The notes: generated by a model from the sequence alone, not told the origin. Positions 46,180 to 56,969 are shown, counted from the stretch's first letter. The stretch is DNA of 58,313 nucleotides from Candidatus Eiseniibacteriota bacterium (GCA_043809585.1 JBDROZ010000082.1:1-58313), one strand, 5' to 3'. Made by a program: numbers and translations.

Positions 46180-48738
46180 ATGAGCGTATGGTGGAAGAGA
46201 ATCTCCGCTGTCCTACTCTTCTCCGCGATCCTCGTTTCGGGGGGGGCCGGGGAAACTCGGGGAACGCCGGGCCGGGCGGCCCAGTTCGTCTGGATATGCG
46301 GCGAAGAGTGTTGCACCGGCGTCCAACTCCAAGCGTTCCCCGAGGCCGTGGATTATTGGAACGTCCAGGGACCGAACAACTACGTCTACGAAGAAAGCGT
46401 CTACGACGACTCACCGATCATCACCGTGACCAATCACGCGGAGCTGATGGAGGGCGCGAGGCTTCTGGCCATGATCACCCACGGCAGCGAGGAAGGGTGG
46501 TACGCGGCCGAGTACTACGCCACCCTCGATTCGGCCTACGCGGCCCTCGACCGGTACCGTGCCGCGGGACTCGACGATGACCGGGTGAGGCTCGGGTACA
46601 CGCAGGCGGGAACCGAAGTGCTGATGGTCTCCCGGGAGTTCGTCGAGTGGCACGCGGGGAATCTCGGATCCCGGGCGATCGCCGACCTCTCCTGGTGCCA
46701 TTCGGCCTCCATGGCGGAGGCGTTCTTCACCATCGGCGCCACGTCGGTCATGGCCTACGCGAACACCGTCACCCTCGGGCGGGTCTGCCGCAACTTCGAG
46801 ACCCGGTGGAACCGGCTTGGTTGCCGGGAGGATGAGGACGGGGTCTATCCGAGCACGGCGCTCGGGGCGAACCGGCTCCCGGAGGCGGTCCTTCTCTCCG
46901 CCACCGGGACGTACGCCGACTCGGTGAACTCGATCAACCCGAACTGCGACTGCGACAACTGGTCCGCCCGCATTCTCGAATGGGGCATCGACCGGGGAGG
47001 CCGGGTTCTCTTCGTCACCAACTACGAGCGGAGAACGGAGGCGTTTCGAGTTTACGGGTTCCGGGGGAACGAGAGATCGCTCCTTGCCGAGCTCCCCCCC
47101 CGAGGGGACTCGAGCGGCCGTGTCACGGTCTACGAAGCCGCCGTGAGTCCCGGATACGAAAGGTACCAGGTGGCGGAAATCGACGGCGGGCGCCGGTGGC
47201 GGACGGCGTCGGACTGGAAAGAGCCGGGCGACTTTCCCGCCCGCCTCGAGGAGATGGCCGCGAGGGCCGGCGAGGATCTGGGATCGATCCGGGGAGAGCC
47301 GGCCCGGGAAGGCCCGCGGGGTCCGGCCGTCCTCAGCTCCGGCGCATGGGGGGACGCGGCGGTATACGCACCCGACTCGGCGTGGGCCGCGCCTCTTCTC
47401 GCCCAGCTCGCCTCCCAGGGGCTCGAGGCGGTCCTCTACATCGGGGACGGCTCGCCCGAGGACATCACCGCCGCCTACTCCTACACCCACTCTTCGAACG
47501 TCTCGAGGAACGGGGAGATCGGGGAAGACAGGTATCCCGTCTGGCCGGGGCCGGAGCTCTATCTCGTCGGGCGCTCGTCGGACGGATCGGTTCGAACCGG
47601 ATCGTGGCCGGACGACGAGTGGGAGAATTGCAATCAACCCTCCTGCCGCGGGGACTTCGACTACACCGACGTCGACGGCGACGGCCGGCCGAACGGTCCG
47701 GTCTCACGAATCTTCGCCGTGTCCTCCGAGGAGGTGGCCCGGTACGTCCACTTCTCGGAACTGTACAACGAGAGCGGTTCCGGCGCTTCCTCCACGGTCC
47801 TTCTGTGCGCGGGGGACCTCGACTACGGAAGCGGCGGCTCCTTTCCCGGTCCCGACCTCTGGCTCGACAGGGTCGAGTCGGGGCTCGCCCGGATTCCCGG
47901 GCTCGGACCGGCGGTCCGATTCCGCCGTTCCGGGTACGGGTCTTCCGAGGAGGCTTCGGCGGCGGGCACGGCACTGGTCAACGCGGGGGTCCGGCAAATT
48001 TGGGCGATGGGCCCCCTCTCCGGCTACCGGAGGATTCCGTCATCGGTCTTTTTCGGCACCAACTTCGACGCCGACTCGCTCGTCAGGGACCAGGCGTTCA
48101 TTCTCTTCGCCCCGGGGTGCGAGGTTGCCGCCGATTGGGGTTTCGCGGCGACCTACGATCTCCTCCTCAGAAAGCTGATGACGAACGCACCCGGCCACAC
48201 CGGATGCGCCGGCGCCGTCGCCCACTGGTCGGGCGGTTGGGGGTCGAAGCATGACACGTGGGCAAGCTACGTTCTCGAGAAGTACATGGACGCGGAACCG
48301 GGGGATCCGATCTCCCTCGTACTCTGGCGCGCCTTCATCCGATGCACGGACGACTGCCCCTGGATGGTCGACTACTGCCGGTCGGCCGTTTACGTCGGCG
48401 CCCGCACCCTGGTCCGGGGATCGGAGGTCGCGGTGCGGCCGGGCGCGGGACCGGCGGCGACTGGTCTCGATCTGCGCGTGAGTCCGACGGTGACGAGAGG
48501 AGGAGGGATCTCCATCCGTTTCCAGGCACCTTCGGACGGGAACGCCTCGGTCCGGATCTACGACGTTCGGGGGCGGCCCGTCCGAACTCTGGGCGACGAA
48601 CGGTTCGGGCCCGGACCGGGCGAAGTCCTCTGGGACGGACGGGACGACCGGGGCCGGGATGTCGGTTCGGGGATCTACTTCGCCCGCGTTCGTTCCCCCC
48701 GCGGAAGCGAGGCGCGGAAGATCGCGGTGATTCGATGA
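46180..48738 (+). CDS. Secreted protein with clan CD/gingipain (C25)-like domains and C-terminal FlgD-Ig domain
   Basis: THG...SWCHS; DVDGDGRP...VSRIFA; IYDVRGRPVRTL...WDGRDDRGRDVGSGIYF. Confidence 0.75.
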   Translation: MSVWWKRISAVLLFSAILVSGGAGETRGTPGRAAQFVWICGEECCTGVQLQAFPEAVDYWNVQGPNNYVYEESVYDDSPIITVTNHAELMEGARLLAMITHGSEEGWYAAEYYATLDSAYAALDRYRAAGLDDDRVRLGYTQAGTEVLMVSREFVEWHAGNLGSRAIADLSWCHSASMAEAFFTIGATSVMAYANTVTLGRVCRNFETRWNRLGCREDEDGVYPSTALGANRLPEAVLLSATGTYADSVNSINPNCDCDNWSARILEWGIDRGGRVLFVTNYERRTEAFRVYGFRGNERSLLAELPPRGDSSGRVTVYEAAVSPGYERYQVAEIDGGRRWRTASDWKEPGDFPARLEEMAARAGEDLGSIRGEPAREGPRGPAVLSSGAWGDAAVYAPDSAWAAPLLAQLASQGLEAVLYIGDGSPEDITAAYSYTHSSNVSRNGEIGEDRYPVWPGPELYLVGRSSDGSVRTGSWPDDEWENCNQPSCRGDFDYTDVDGDGRPNGPVSRIFAVSSEEVARYVHFSELYNESGSGASSTVLLCAGDLDYGSGGSFPGPDLWLDRVESGLARIPGLGPAVRFRRSGYGSSEEASAAGTALVNAGVRQIWAMGPLSGYRRIPSSVFFGTNFDADSLVRDQAFILFAPGCEVAADWGFAATYDLLLRKLMTNAPGHTGCAGAVAHWSGGWGSKHDTWASYVLEKYMDAEPGDPISLVLWRAFIRCTDDCPWMVDYCRSAVYVGARTLVRGSEVAVRPGAGPAATGLDLRVSPTVTRGGGISIRFQAPSDGNASVRIYDVRGRPVRTLGDERFGPGPGEVLWDGRDDRGRDVGSGIYFARVRSPRGSEARKIAVIR

Positions 48739-48751
48739 GACAAGGGACCGG

Positions 48752-49510
48752 TTAGCGGCCATCCGCTTCGCCGGTCATCGGCACGAAACGGACGGGAATC
48801 ACGGTCCGCCTCCGGACCTTCCCGTCCTCTTTTCGTAGGACGACCAACTCCTGATACACATCCCCCACGGGAAGGACGAGCCTTCCCCCTTCGGCCAGTT
48901 GCTCGATCAGGGGCTCGGGCACGTGGTCCGGCGCGGCGGTCACGATGATCGCGGGGAAAGGGGCCTCCTCGGGCCAGCCCCGGTATCCGTCACCGGTCCG
49001 GACGTTCGCTTTGCGGATCCCCGCCGCCTCGAGGTTCCGGCGGGCCAAGTCGGCCAGCTCGGGGATGATCTCGATGGTGAACACCGTGTCGGCGATCTCG
49101 GCAAGGACCGCGGCCTGGTAACCGGAGCCCGTGCCGATTTCGAGAACCTTGTCCCCCGGTTCGAGTTCGAGGAGTTCGGTCATGAGGGCCACGATGTAGG
49201 GCTGGGAGATCGTCTGCCCGTGGCCGATCGGGAGGGGGTTGTCGTCGTAGGCGCCGGCGGCCATCTTCTCCGGCACGAAGAGGTGTCGCGGCACCGCCGC
49301 CATGGCATCCAGAACACGCGGGTCCTTCACCCCCCTCGCCTCGATCTGCTTCCGGACCATCGCCTCCCGGCGCGCCCGGTGCTTATCCTCCGCATTCATC
49401 GCCCGTCCCCCTTCCCCCGCCTCGGTCCCGCCGCAGACGGCCAGGAAAAAGAGGAAGAGCGGGCCGAGCCAAGTGTCGGCGCGTCGAAACGCCCGCGATT
49501 CCATTCCCAT
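48752..49510 (-). CDS. pcm: Protein-L-isoaspartate O-methyltransferase
   Basis: VPRHLFVP, GQTISQPYIVA, VLEIGTGSGYQAA, IIVTAAP, VRFVPM; start uncertain. Confidence 0.95.
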   Translation of the reverse strand: MGMESRAFRRADTWLGPLFLFFLAVCGGTEAGEGGRAMNAEDKHRARREAMVRKQIEARGVKDPRVLDAMAAVPRHLFVPEKMAAGAYDDNPLPIGHGQTISQPYIVALMTELLELEPGDKVLEIGTGSGYQAAVLAEIADTVFTIEIIPELADLARRNLEAAGIRKANVRTGDGYRGWPEEAPFPAIIVTAAPDHVPEPLIEQLAEGGRLVLPVGDVYQELVVLRKEDGKVRRRTVIPVRFVPMTGEADGR

Positions 49511-49520
49511 TCTCCTTCCT

Positions 49521-52229
49521 TCATCGATCGAACCCACCCGCTTCCCCCCGCTCGGAGGGAGGATCGAGGGTCAGCGGTGTGGCCCCCCGATCGAGCAGGC
49601 GCAGGAAGAGCGGCTCGTGGCAAGTGAACAGAAACACCTGCCGACGCTCCGCGATCCGGTCGAGGATCTCGAGGCCCCGTTCGAGGCGTTCTCGATCCCA
49701 ATGGGCGAAAACCTCGTCGAGAAAAAGGGGGAGCGCCTCTCCCCCCCCCTCGAGGTGCTCGAGCAGGGCGAAACGGAGGCTGAGGAAGAGCTGGTCCAGG
49801 GTTCCACGGCTGAGAGGGGCCCCCGCGGGAATCGGGCCGTCCCCGCCCCGGGGAACCACTTCGAGCCCTCCTTCCCCCTCCGGCGCGAAGAGATCCGGGT
49901 AGCGCCCCCCCGAAATCGCCGCGAAATGCTCCTTCGTACGGAGGATGATATCCGGCTCGTGCTCCGCCCTGTACCGCCGGTCCCCTTCGCGCACGATCGC
50001 CGAGAGGAGGACGAGACGATCCCGCTCGTGGCACGTTTCGGCGAGCTCCTCCCGGAGCGCCAGCCTTTCTCCTTCGATCTCGGCCGCCGACGGTTCCGCT
50101 TCCTCGGCCTCTAGACGGGTTCGAAGCGCTCCGATACGCCCCTCGAGATCGCGAAGAACTTCGTCCATCTCGTCCTTCCGCGCTTCGCGGCGGAGAATCT
50201 CCTCCTCCGAGAATTCCTCGATCCCCTCCTCCGTCGCCGTCCGGATCTTCCTGACTCGCTCCTCGAAGTCCTCGCCTTCCCGTAAGAGCCGTTCGCGGGC
50301 TTCGAGGGCGTTCGCCCGGGCCCGGCGTCTCCGATCGAGCGCGGCGATGCACGCCTCCCGGTCCGTTTCCCCGAGGGATAGCAGCTTCTCCTCAAGCTCG
50401 TCTCTTTCCTTCCGGGCCGAACGCAGCCTGTCCTCGAATCGGGGTATCTCCAATTTCAGATCTTCGAGGTTCTTTCTCCCCTGCTTGTCCGCTCTTTGAG
50501 CGTCCCCGGCCTCCTGGAGCAATCCCTCCAACTTTTCGACCGCCCCGGAAGGGGACGCGCTCTCGATCGAGAACTCCTTCGCGAGCGAGAGAAGATCCTC
50601 CGCGCCCTTCTCGACCTCCCGTCTTCTCTCGGCCGCATGGGCGCCGGCGGAGCGCCAACCGGCGAGGGCGTCGGCGAGGTCGCGCACGACCCGGGCGAAC
50701 TTCTGGTCCGGATCTTCGAGGAGGGAGGGGAGGACGGGGAGGTCCCCGAAACTCCTCCGGACCTCCTCCCGCGCCTTCGCCTCGTCGGCCATCGAGGCCC
50801 GCAGCTCCTCCTCCCGGGCCGAGAGGAGAGCCCGATCCCGGGCGATCGACAGGGTCTCCCGCCGGGACCACACGAACAGGATCAGTCCGGCGATCAGCGA
50901 GGAGAAACCGGCGCCCCAGGCGATCCAACGGGCCGGCGGGGTGAACAGGAAGGAAGCGGCGAACAGGGCGACGCCCGCCCCGGCGAGAAGAACGCCCGGA
51001 AGAAGGGACGGGGAACGGGGCGGCGGCGGAGTGGCGCGCATCGTCGTTTCGTCGTTCTCCCGTTTCTGACGAGCGTTCCGGTAAAGGTCGATTCTTCCCT
51101 CGATCTCGGCGGCCGGAATCCCGGGAAGATCAAAGACCATGTCCGGGCGATCGAGGAGCGCCCCGGCCCGCTCCCGGAGCACCTTCCTCAAGGCGAGAAC
51201 GTTCCGGTCCTCCTCTTCCAAGGACTCCCGATCCCGGACCAGGCGCTTTCCCCGATCGATCCCCTCTCCCACTTCCTCTCGCCGGTCCATGACGCGGCGG
51301 AGGGAATCGTCGAAGGCCCGGATATCCCGGTCCGCCCCCGCTTTCTTCTCGATCTTCTCCCGGAGGGTCTCTTCCCACTCCCCGATTCGCTCTTTCCGGT
51401 CCTTCAGGAAATCGCGGGGATCCGCCGGCAGGGAATCGAACGCGCCGATGTCCCCGGCCGTCTCCTCGTCGCGGCAGATCGAATCGACGGCGGCGCGGTC
51501 CTTCTTCAGTTCCCGAAGCCGCTCGATCTCCGCCTTGATTTCGATCCTTTCCTCCTGCACGCGCTCCCGCTCGGCGCGAAGTTCCTCGAGCTTTCCGCGG
51601 GACTCCCGGATCTCCCGGTCCCGGTCACGGGCCTTCTTCGCCGCCTCTCCAAGCGCGTGGATGCGCTCCTCCAGCTCCTTCGCCCGCGGACCCTTTCGCC
51701 GGTCGGGCCGCCAGAGGGCATTCGCCTCGCCCTCCAGATCGGAAACCACCTCTCGGGCCGGGCGGATCCCGTCCAACCCCGATCCGCCGATCATCCGGTC
51801 CTGAACGTCCCCCCACGTTTCCCGGGGAAACTCCAGGTCCTCGCGGGCGAGGGTGTAAATGCTCTCGTACACCTTCTTGTTCACCGCGGTCACCGCGGGA
51901 AGGGGCCGGTTGACAAGGGGGGATTTCGCGCCGTTCACGGAGAAGTCGCCGCGGACGGTGCCGAGCAGCCTCCGGGTGAGGCAGAGCGTTTCACCGGACC
52001 GCAGCTCGATCTCCAACGCACCGCCGAGTTCGGCGCCGCTCCACGGCGCGTAAGGATGCCTCTCCCGGGAAGCCGGTTCGAAACCATAGAGGATTTCGTA
52101 GACGAAGCGCCGGAGCGAGGTCTTTCCCGATTCGTTCGGCCCGAAGACGATCACCTTGGGGCCGAGATCCTCGAACACTCTCTGTTCGAGCCCTCCGAAC
52201 CCGTGGACGTGGATCTTGCGGATCCTCAC
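49521..52229 (-). CDS. YhaN-like SMC/Rad50-type ATPase
   Basis: GPNESGKT Walker A, coiled coil, LSRGT signature, FLDEVFAHWD, FTCH; GTG start overlaps the upstream stop. Confidence 0.9.
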   Translation of the reverse strand: MRIRKIHVHGFGGLEQRVFEDLGPKVIVFGPNESGKTSLRRFVYEILYGFEPASRERHPYAPWSGAELGGALEIELRSGETLCLTRRLLGTVRGDFSVNGAKSPLVNRPLPAVTAVNKKVYESIYTLAREDLEFPRETWGDVQDRMIGGSGLDGIRPAREVVSDLEGEANALWRPDRRKGPRAKELEERIHALGEAAKKARDRDREIRESRGKLEELRAERERVQEERIEIKAEIERLRELKKDRAAVDSICRDEETAGDIGAFDSLPADPRDFLKDRKERIGEWEETLREKIEKKAGADRDIRAFDDSLRRVMDRREEVGEGIDRGKRLVRDRESLEEEDRNVLALRKVLRERAGALLDRPDMVFDLPGIPAAEIEGRIDLYRNARQKRENDETTMRATPPPPRSPSLLPGVLLAGAGVALFAASFLFTPPARWIAWGAGFSSLIAGLILFVWSRRETLSIARDRALLSAREEELRASMADEAKAREEVRRSFGDLPVLPSLLEDPDQKFARVVRDLADALAGWRSAGAHAAERRREVEKGAEDLLSLAKEFSIESASPSGAVEKLEGLLQEAGDAQRADKQGRKNLEDLKLEIPRFEDRLRSARKERDELEEKLLSLGETDREACIAALDRRRRARANALEARERLLREGEDFEERVRKIRTATEEGIEEFSEEEILRREARKDEMDEVLRDLEGRIGALRTRLEAEEAEPSAAEIEGERLALREELAETCHERDRLVLLSAIVREGDRRYRAEHEPDIILRTKEHFAAISGGRYPDLFAPEGEGGLEVVPRGGDGPIPAGAPLSRGTLDQLFLSLRFALLEHLEGGGEALPLFLDEVFAHWDRERLERGLEILDRIAERRQVFLFTCHEPLFLRLLDRGATPLTLDPPSERGEAGGFDR

Positions 52230-53452
52230 CGGTCCTCCCTCCACATTCGTCGGACGACGTCCGCCTCCGCCCCCTCGAGAAGAGCGCGAAGGTACGCGCC
52301 CCGTTCCTCTTCGTTCCGGGAGACGAAGCCCGCGAGAGTCTCGGGCGCGATGCCGTCCCACGACCCCCGGCCGCTCCGGAGACCTTCCACGAGGTCGAGC
52401 ATGGTTTCGACGGGACCGACCCGCGCCGAGTCGGCATCGAAGACGCCGCGGATCCGGTCGGGCCGTAAGGAGAGGTGGGCGATCCCGGAATCGAGCAAGA
52501 GGTCCCCCTCGAGATCCTCCCGGACGGACCGGTTCCGGACCTGGTCGACGAGAGGGCTCTCGCCGGAAGGGAAGAGGGCGAGGAGCGTGCCGGGGCCGAA
52601 CCCGCGCCCCTCGATCTCCTCGAGGAACTTCGCCCGCAGGGCTTCCACATTCTCGATCCCCGAGACGTCGACGTCCATCTCTTCCCATGTCATCGGAGCG
52701 GTCGGCCGGAACTCGATCGACGGCGGGAGCCCGGGGGCGGCTTCCACCAGCAGCACCCCTTTCGGTCCCGTCTCTTTCCGGCTTCGCCCGAAGACGCTCC
52801 CCGGGTAGCGGGCGGGCGGATCGGCCCCCATTTCTTCCGCCTTGTGAATGTGGCCGAGGGCCCAGTAGACGTAGCCTTTCCCGCGGAAGTCGGCGGAGGC
52901 GCAGGGGGCGTACCGGGCATGATCGGGGGCGGTCACGCTCCCCTCGACGGAGGCGTGGAGGAGGGCGATCTCGGGAATCGCCCCGAGGGCCCGCGGGAAA
53001 AGGGCGGCCAGATTCTCCCCCACGGCGCCGTTCTCGTGTCCCGCGCCGGTGACGGCCCCCACGACGGTCCCCTCTCCGGACACCTCGATCCGCCGGGGAG
53101 CGGCGGTGTCGAAGAGGACCGCGTTCGGAGGCCAGCCGATCGCCCGGCCGGCGCCCCCCGCCGCGAGAGGATCGTGGTTTCCCGTGGCGTAGAGGAACTG
53201 GATGTCCGCGTCCGCCAGGCGGCGGATCTCCCCGAGAACGAACAACTCGTCGCTCACCGTCGGAGAGGGGCTGTCGAAGAGGTCGCCCGCGACGAGAAAG
53301 GCGTGAACCCGCTCCTCGATCGCGATCGACACGGCCCGGGAGAAGGACTCCCGGATCGAATCGATCAGCCGCTTGCGGATGGCCCCGTCACGGTTGACAA
53401 AGGACGCTCCGAGATGGACATCGGCGGTGTGGATGAATCGAAAGGTGTTCAT
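52226..53452 (-). CDS. YhaO/SbcD-like metallophosphoesterase DNA repair nuclease
   Basis: HTADVHLG, AGDLFD, GNHD, WALGHIH, YPGS. Confidence 0.92.
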   Translation of the reverse strand: MNTFRFIHTADVHLGASFVNRDGAIRKRLIDSIRESFSRAVSIAIEERVHAFLVAGDLFDSPSPTVSDELFVLGEIRRLADADIQFLYATGNHDPLAAGGAGRAIGWPPNAVLFDTAAPRRIEVSGEGTVVGAVTGAGHENGAVGENLAALFPRALGAIPEIALLHASVEGSVTAPDHARYAPCASADFRGKGYVYWALGHIHKAEEMGADPPARYPGSVFGRSRKETGPKGVLLVEAAPGLPPSIEFRPTAPMTWEEMDVDVSGIENVEALRAKFLEEIEGRGFGPGTLLALFPSGESPLVDQVRNRSVREDLEGDLLLDSGIAHLSLRPDRIRGVFDADSARVGPVETMLDLVEGLRSGRGSWDGIAPETLAGFVSRNEEERGAYLRALLEGAEADVVRRMWREDR

Positions 53453-53539
53453 GCCGCCTCCACGCTCAGTATAAGGGAGGGGCGGCGGAAGCGTCAGCCT
53501 TTCCGGCGGCGGGGCGCGACCGCGCCCCTATCGCTTCCC

Positions 53540-54193
53540 TCAGGGGGAGTAGGCGGAGACGCGGCGGACGGAGGCGAAGAAATCGTAGGAGGCGCCCCGT
53601 CCGCACGGATCGACCGCGATCTCGTCGGCCCAGATGAGAAGCGCCCCCTCCGGCGCCGATCCCGGCAGGTTCGACAGCCCGACCGTCCGCTCACCGGCGT
53701 GCAGGGCGGCACACCCTTCACCCCCCTCGTCGGAGGGGTTGCCCTTCAGTACCATCCGGGGCCTCGGGGGCTCGTTTCCCTCAACCACGACGAGGGTGTC
53801 CACGAGCCGGCACGCGCGGATCACATAGACGCCGGCGTCGAGGGGCGGGAGGGCGAGGCGTCGCTCGCCGTAGACGACGACCGTGGGGCAGACGCCGTCC
53901 GGAGGGGCGTCGCTCTTCGCCGTGCCCGAGACGACGATTTCGCTGCCGTCCACTTCGAGACTGATCTTTTCGAGGTACCAGCAACCGTTCGTGCCGACGA
54001 GAAACTCGACGTCGATCGAGTCGGCGTTTCCGTGAGGGGCGATCGGGGTCTCGAACCGGAGAAGCTCGACGTCGATGGAGCGGTAGCTCGGACCCGAATC
54101 GGGATCGGTGAGGCACCCCGCGAGGAACGCGGCGGCGATCCCCGCCCCCGCGGCGAGCAGAAACCTCCCCCTCGTTTTCGCCATTCTCGTCAT
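53540..54193 (-). CDS. Hypothetical lipoprotein
   Basis: Lipobox LAGC; NGCW...CPTVVV. Confidence 0.65.
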   Translation of the reverse strand: MTRMAKTRGRFLLAAGAGIAAAFLAGCLTDPDSGPSYRSIDVELLRFETPIAPHGNADSIDVEFLVGTNGCWYLEKISLEVDGSEIVVSGTAKSDAPPDGVCPTVVVYGERRLALPPLDAGVYVIRACRLVDTLVVVEGNEPPRPRMVLKGNPSDEGGEGCAALHAGERTVGLSNLPGSAPEGALLIWADEIAVDPCGRGASYDFFASVRRVSAYSP

Positions 54194-54210
54194 CGTCGCC
54201 CGCCCCGGAA

Positions 54211-54606
54211 TCAACTCTTCACCGTCACCGTCTCCACCGCCGGCGGATCGTTCAGGTACCGCTTCACCGTGCACATGTCCGCCGCGCGAACTATAGCCTT
54301 CTCGTACTTCTCCGGGAAGCCCTCGGGAAGACGGATCTCGTGACGGATCCGGGCGACGCGCCTCCCCGATTCGTCCTTCTCGAGACGGGCGGTGACGCGT
54401 ATCCCTTCCGTGGGGAGGCCCCGGCTCTGGCAGAAGCCGAGCACCGTGTACGCCGTGCACAAGCCGATGGATGCGAAGAAGTAATCCACCGGCTCCGGCG
54501 CCGTGTTCTCGCCGCCATGGTCCTCGGGCTGGTCCGTCTTGTGGACGAACCCGTTCAGTTCGGCTTCGACCTTCTTGCCTCCACCGAATCGCATGTCCAT
54601 GATCAT
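54211..54606 (-). CDS. OsmC family protein
   Basis: TDQPEDHGGENTAPEP...ASIGLC...ADMCTVK. Confidence 0.9.
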   Translation of the reverse strand: MIMDMRFGGGKKVEAELNGFVHKTDQPEDHGGENTAPEPVDYFFASIGLCTAYTVLGFCQSRGLPTEGIRVTARLEKDESGRRVARIRHEIRLPEGFPEKYEKAIVRAADMCTVKRYLNDPPAVETVTVKS

Positions 54607-54777
54607 CCTGGTCTCCTCGCGCCCGCCCTCCCGGAACGTTCCCCGGGCCCGGCGCCTCCCCGTCGCCTCGGTTCTCGCCCCCGAGTATACGCGGATCCTG
54701 CCGGGACCGCCGTGGCAATCTGTGCTACCCTTTCGCCGGACGTTGCCGGTCACGATTGTCCCACGGGGGCGAAGCCG

Positions 54778-55707
54778 ATGATCGAAGTGCGCGGACTCCG
54801 GAAGAGTTACGGCGACCTCCTCGCCGTCGACCAGGTCTCCTTCGCCGCCGGAACGGGGGAGATCTACGGCCTCCTCGGCCCGAACGGCGCCGGGAAGACC
54901 ACCATCCTCTCCATCGTCTCGGGGCTTCTGAAAGCGGACGCCGGATCGGTCATCATCGGCGGCGTCTCCCTCGAGGCGGACCCCCGCCGGGCCAAGTCGA
55001 TGCTCGGCGTGGTCCCCCAGGATGTCACGCTCTACGAAGAACTCTCCGCCCGGGAGAACCTCCTCTTCTGGGGGAAGATCTACGGGCTCGGCGGCAAGGA
55101 CCTGGACGGGCGCATCCAGGAGCTGCTCGCGAAGGCCGGCCTCGCGGAAAAGGCGAAGGCGCCGGTCCGTTCCTACTCGGGGGGCATGAAACGCCGCCTC
55201 AACCTCCTCACCGGCCTCGTCCACCGCCCCAAGGTGCTGCTCCTCGACGAGGCGACGGTCGGCATCGATCCCCAGGGACGCCTCGCGATCCAGGACATGG
55301 TCCGGGAAATCGCCGGCTCCGGGACGACCGTGATCTACACGACCCACTACCTCGAGGAGGCGGAGAACCTCTGCCGCCGCGTCGCGATCATGGATCACGG
55401 CCGCATCCTCGTGGAAGGGACCATCCCGGAGCTCATGAAGCAGCAAGGGGAAGGAGAAGTGGTGGCGATCTCCGGCGCCTTCGGCGAAGGGGAGATCCGC
55501 GCCGCGCTCCAAGGGCGGGAGGAGATCGAGATCCACCATCTCGAGGAGGGGCGGGCGCTCCTCTCCGTTTTCCTTCCGGGGCCCGAGGTGTTCCGCCTTC
55601 TCGACGGCCTGCTCGCCCGCATGACCACGGTGGACGAGATCTCGATCCGGAAGCCGTCGCTCACCTCTCTCTTCATCAAGCTGACGGGAAGGGAGATCCG
55701 GGATTGA
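54778..55707 (+). CDS. ABC-2 type exporter ATP-binding protein
   Basis: GPNGAGKT, YSGGM, LLDEAT, TTHYLEE. Confidence 0.95.
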   Translation: MIEVRGLRKSYGDLLAVDQVSFAAGTGEIYGLLGPNGAGKTTILSIVSGLLKADAGSVIIGGVSLEADPRRAKSMLGVVPQDVTLYEELSARENLLFWGKIYGLGGKDLDGRIQELLAKAGLAEKAKAPVRSYSGGMKRRLNLLTGLVHRPKVLLLDEATVGIDPQGRLAIQDMVREIAGSGTTVIYTTHYLEEAENLCRRVAIMDHGRILVEGTIPELMKQQGEGEVVAISGAFGEGEIRAALQGREEIEIHHLEEGRALLSVFLPGPEVFRLLDGLLARMTTVDEISIRKPSLTSLFIKLTGREIRD

Positions 55708-56969
55708 GAGCGATCGCCCCACTGATCGCGAAGGACCTTCGGCGCCGCCGCCACGCTCCGTTGAATCTCCTGCTCACCCTCGCCTTCCCCCTCGCCCTCC
55801 TCGCCATCATCGGCCTCGCCTTCCGGCCGGGAGACTCGTCAAGGCTCCCGTCGATCCGGCTCCTCGTCGAGAACCGGGACGGCGCGCTTCTGGGCAACTT
55901 CGTGAGCGGCGCGCTGCGGAATGAGCGGATGGCGGAGTTCTTCGAGGTCGTGGCCGTCGACCCGGGAACGGGGGAAGAAATCGTCGCGGACGGGGACGCG
56001 TCGGCCCTGCTCGTGCTCCCCGAAGGGATGACCGACAGCCTCCTCGCCGGGGGCCGCGCGACGCTCACTCTCGTGAAGGACCCCGGCGGGGTCGTCCTTC
56101 CGGGAATCGCGGAGAGCTTCGGCGAGCTCCTCGCCCTCGTCCTTTCCACGGGCACCAAGATCCTCGGCGAACCGCTCCGGGAGGTCCGCTCCCTCTGGGA
56201 CGGGGACGGTTGGCCCGCGGACGAGACGGTCGCCGGTCTGGCGGTGACGTTTCAGAACGGTTTCCGGCGGGCCGAGGGGATCTTTCTCCCGCCCGCGATC
56301 GGCGTGAAGAAAGTCAAAGTCGTCGAAGCGGGCGTGGAGGGGGATGACGAGATCGGGGGCTTCAACATCTTCGCCTATCTCTTTCCCGGCATCGTGGTGC
56401 TCGGCCTCCTCTTCGTCGCCCAGATCTCCATGCGCGACCTGGTCCGGGAGCGGGAAGAGGGGCATCTCGCCCGCATCCTCTCGAGCCCGGTCTCGATGTC
56501 GGACCTCATCGCATCGAAGCTGATCTCCACGATTCTCCTCCTCGGGATCTGCCACGGCCTGCTCGCGGCGATCGCGGGCCCCCTCTTCGGCATCCGGTGG
56601 GGGAACGTCCCCGCGTCGATCCTCCTCGTCGCCGCCGAGGGCCTCGCCGTCACCGGTCTTCTCGCGCTCCTCTTCTCGATCGTCCGGACCGAGCGCCAAG
56701 GGCACGCCCTCTCGTCGGTGGTCATCCTCGCCATGTCCCTCATGGGGGGGAGCATGGTGCCCACCGAGTTCTTCCCGAGCGGATTCCGGGCGGTGACGCG
56801 GATGACCGTGAACTACTGGGCGATCGAGGGATTCCGGGAGGTGCTGATCGGGGGGGGCGGCGTGCCCGAGATTCTCCCTCACCTCGCCGTGCTCACCCTC
56901 TTCGGCGTGGTGACCGCGGGGGGGGCGGCGTTCCTCCTCCCCCACCGGATCCGGAGGGCCGGGGCGTGA
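55704..56969 (+). CDS. ABC-2 type exporter permease
   Basis: IAKDL start, large extracytoplasmic loop, EREEG, TM bundle; TTG start overlaps the upstream stop. Confidence 0.88.
   Translation: MRAIAPLIAKDLRRRRHAPLNLLLTLAFPLALLAIIGLAFRPGDSSRLPSIRLLVENRDGALLGNFVSGALRNERMAEFFEVVAVDPGTGEEIVADGDASALLVLPEGMTDSLLAGGRATLTLVKDPGGVVLPGIAESFGELLALVLSTGTKILGEPLREVRSLWDGDGWPADETVAGLAVTFQNGFRRAEGIFLPPAIGVKKVKVVEAGVEGDDEIGGFNIFAYLFPGIVVLGLLFVAQISMRDLVREREEGHLARILSSPVSMSDLIASKLISTILLLGICHGLLAAIAGPLFGIRWGNVPASILLVAAEGLAVTGLLALLFSIVRTERQGHALSSVVILAMSLMGGSMVPTEFFPSGFRAVTRMTVNYWAIEGFREVLIGGGGVPEILPHLAVLTLFGVVTAGGAAFLLPHRIRRAGA

Noticed and set aside
49521..53452. YhaN/YhaO pair as a new defence system
   Set aside because: Widespread SbcCD-like pair in a housekeeping context with no accessory genes
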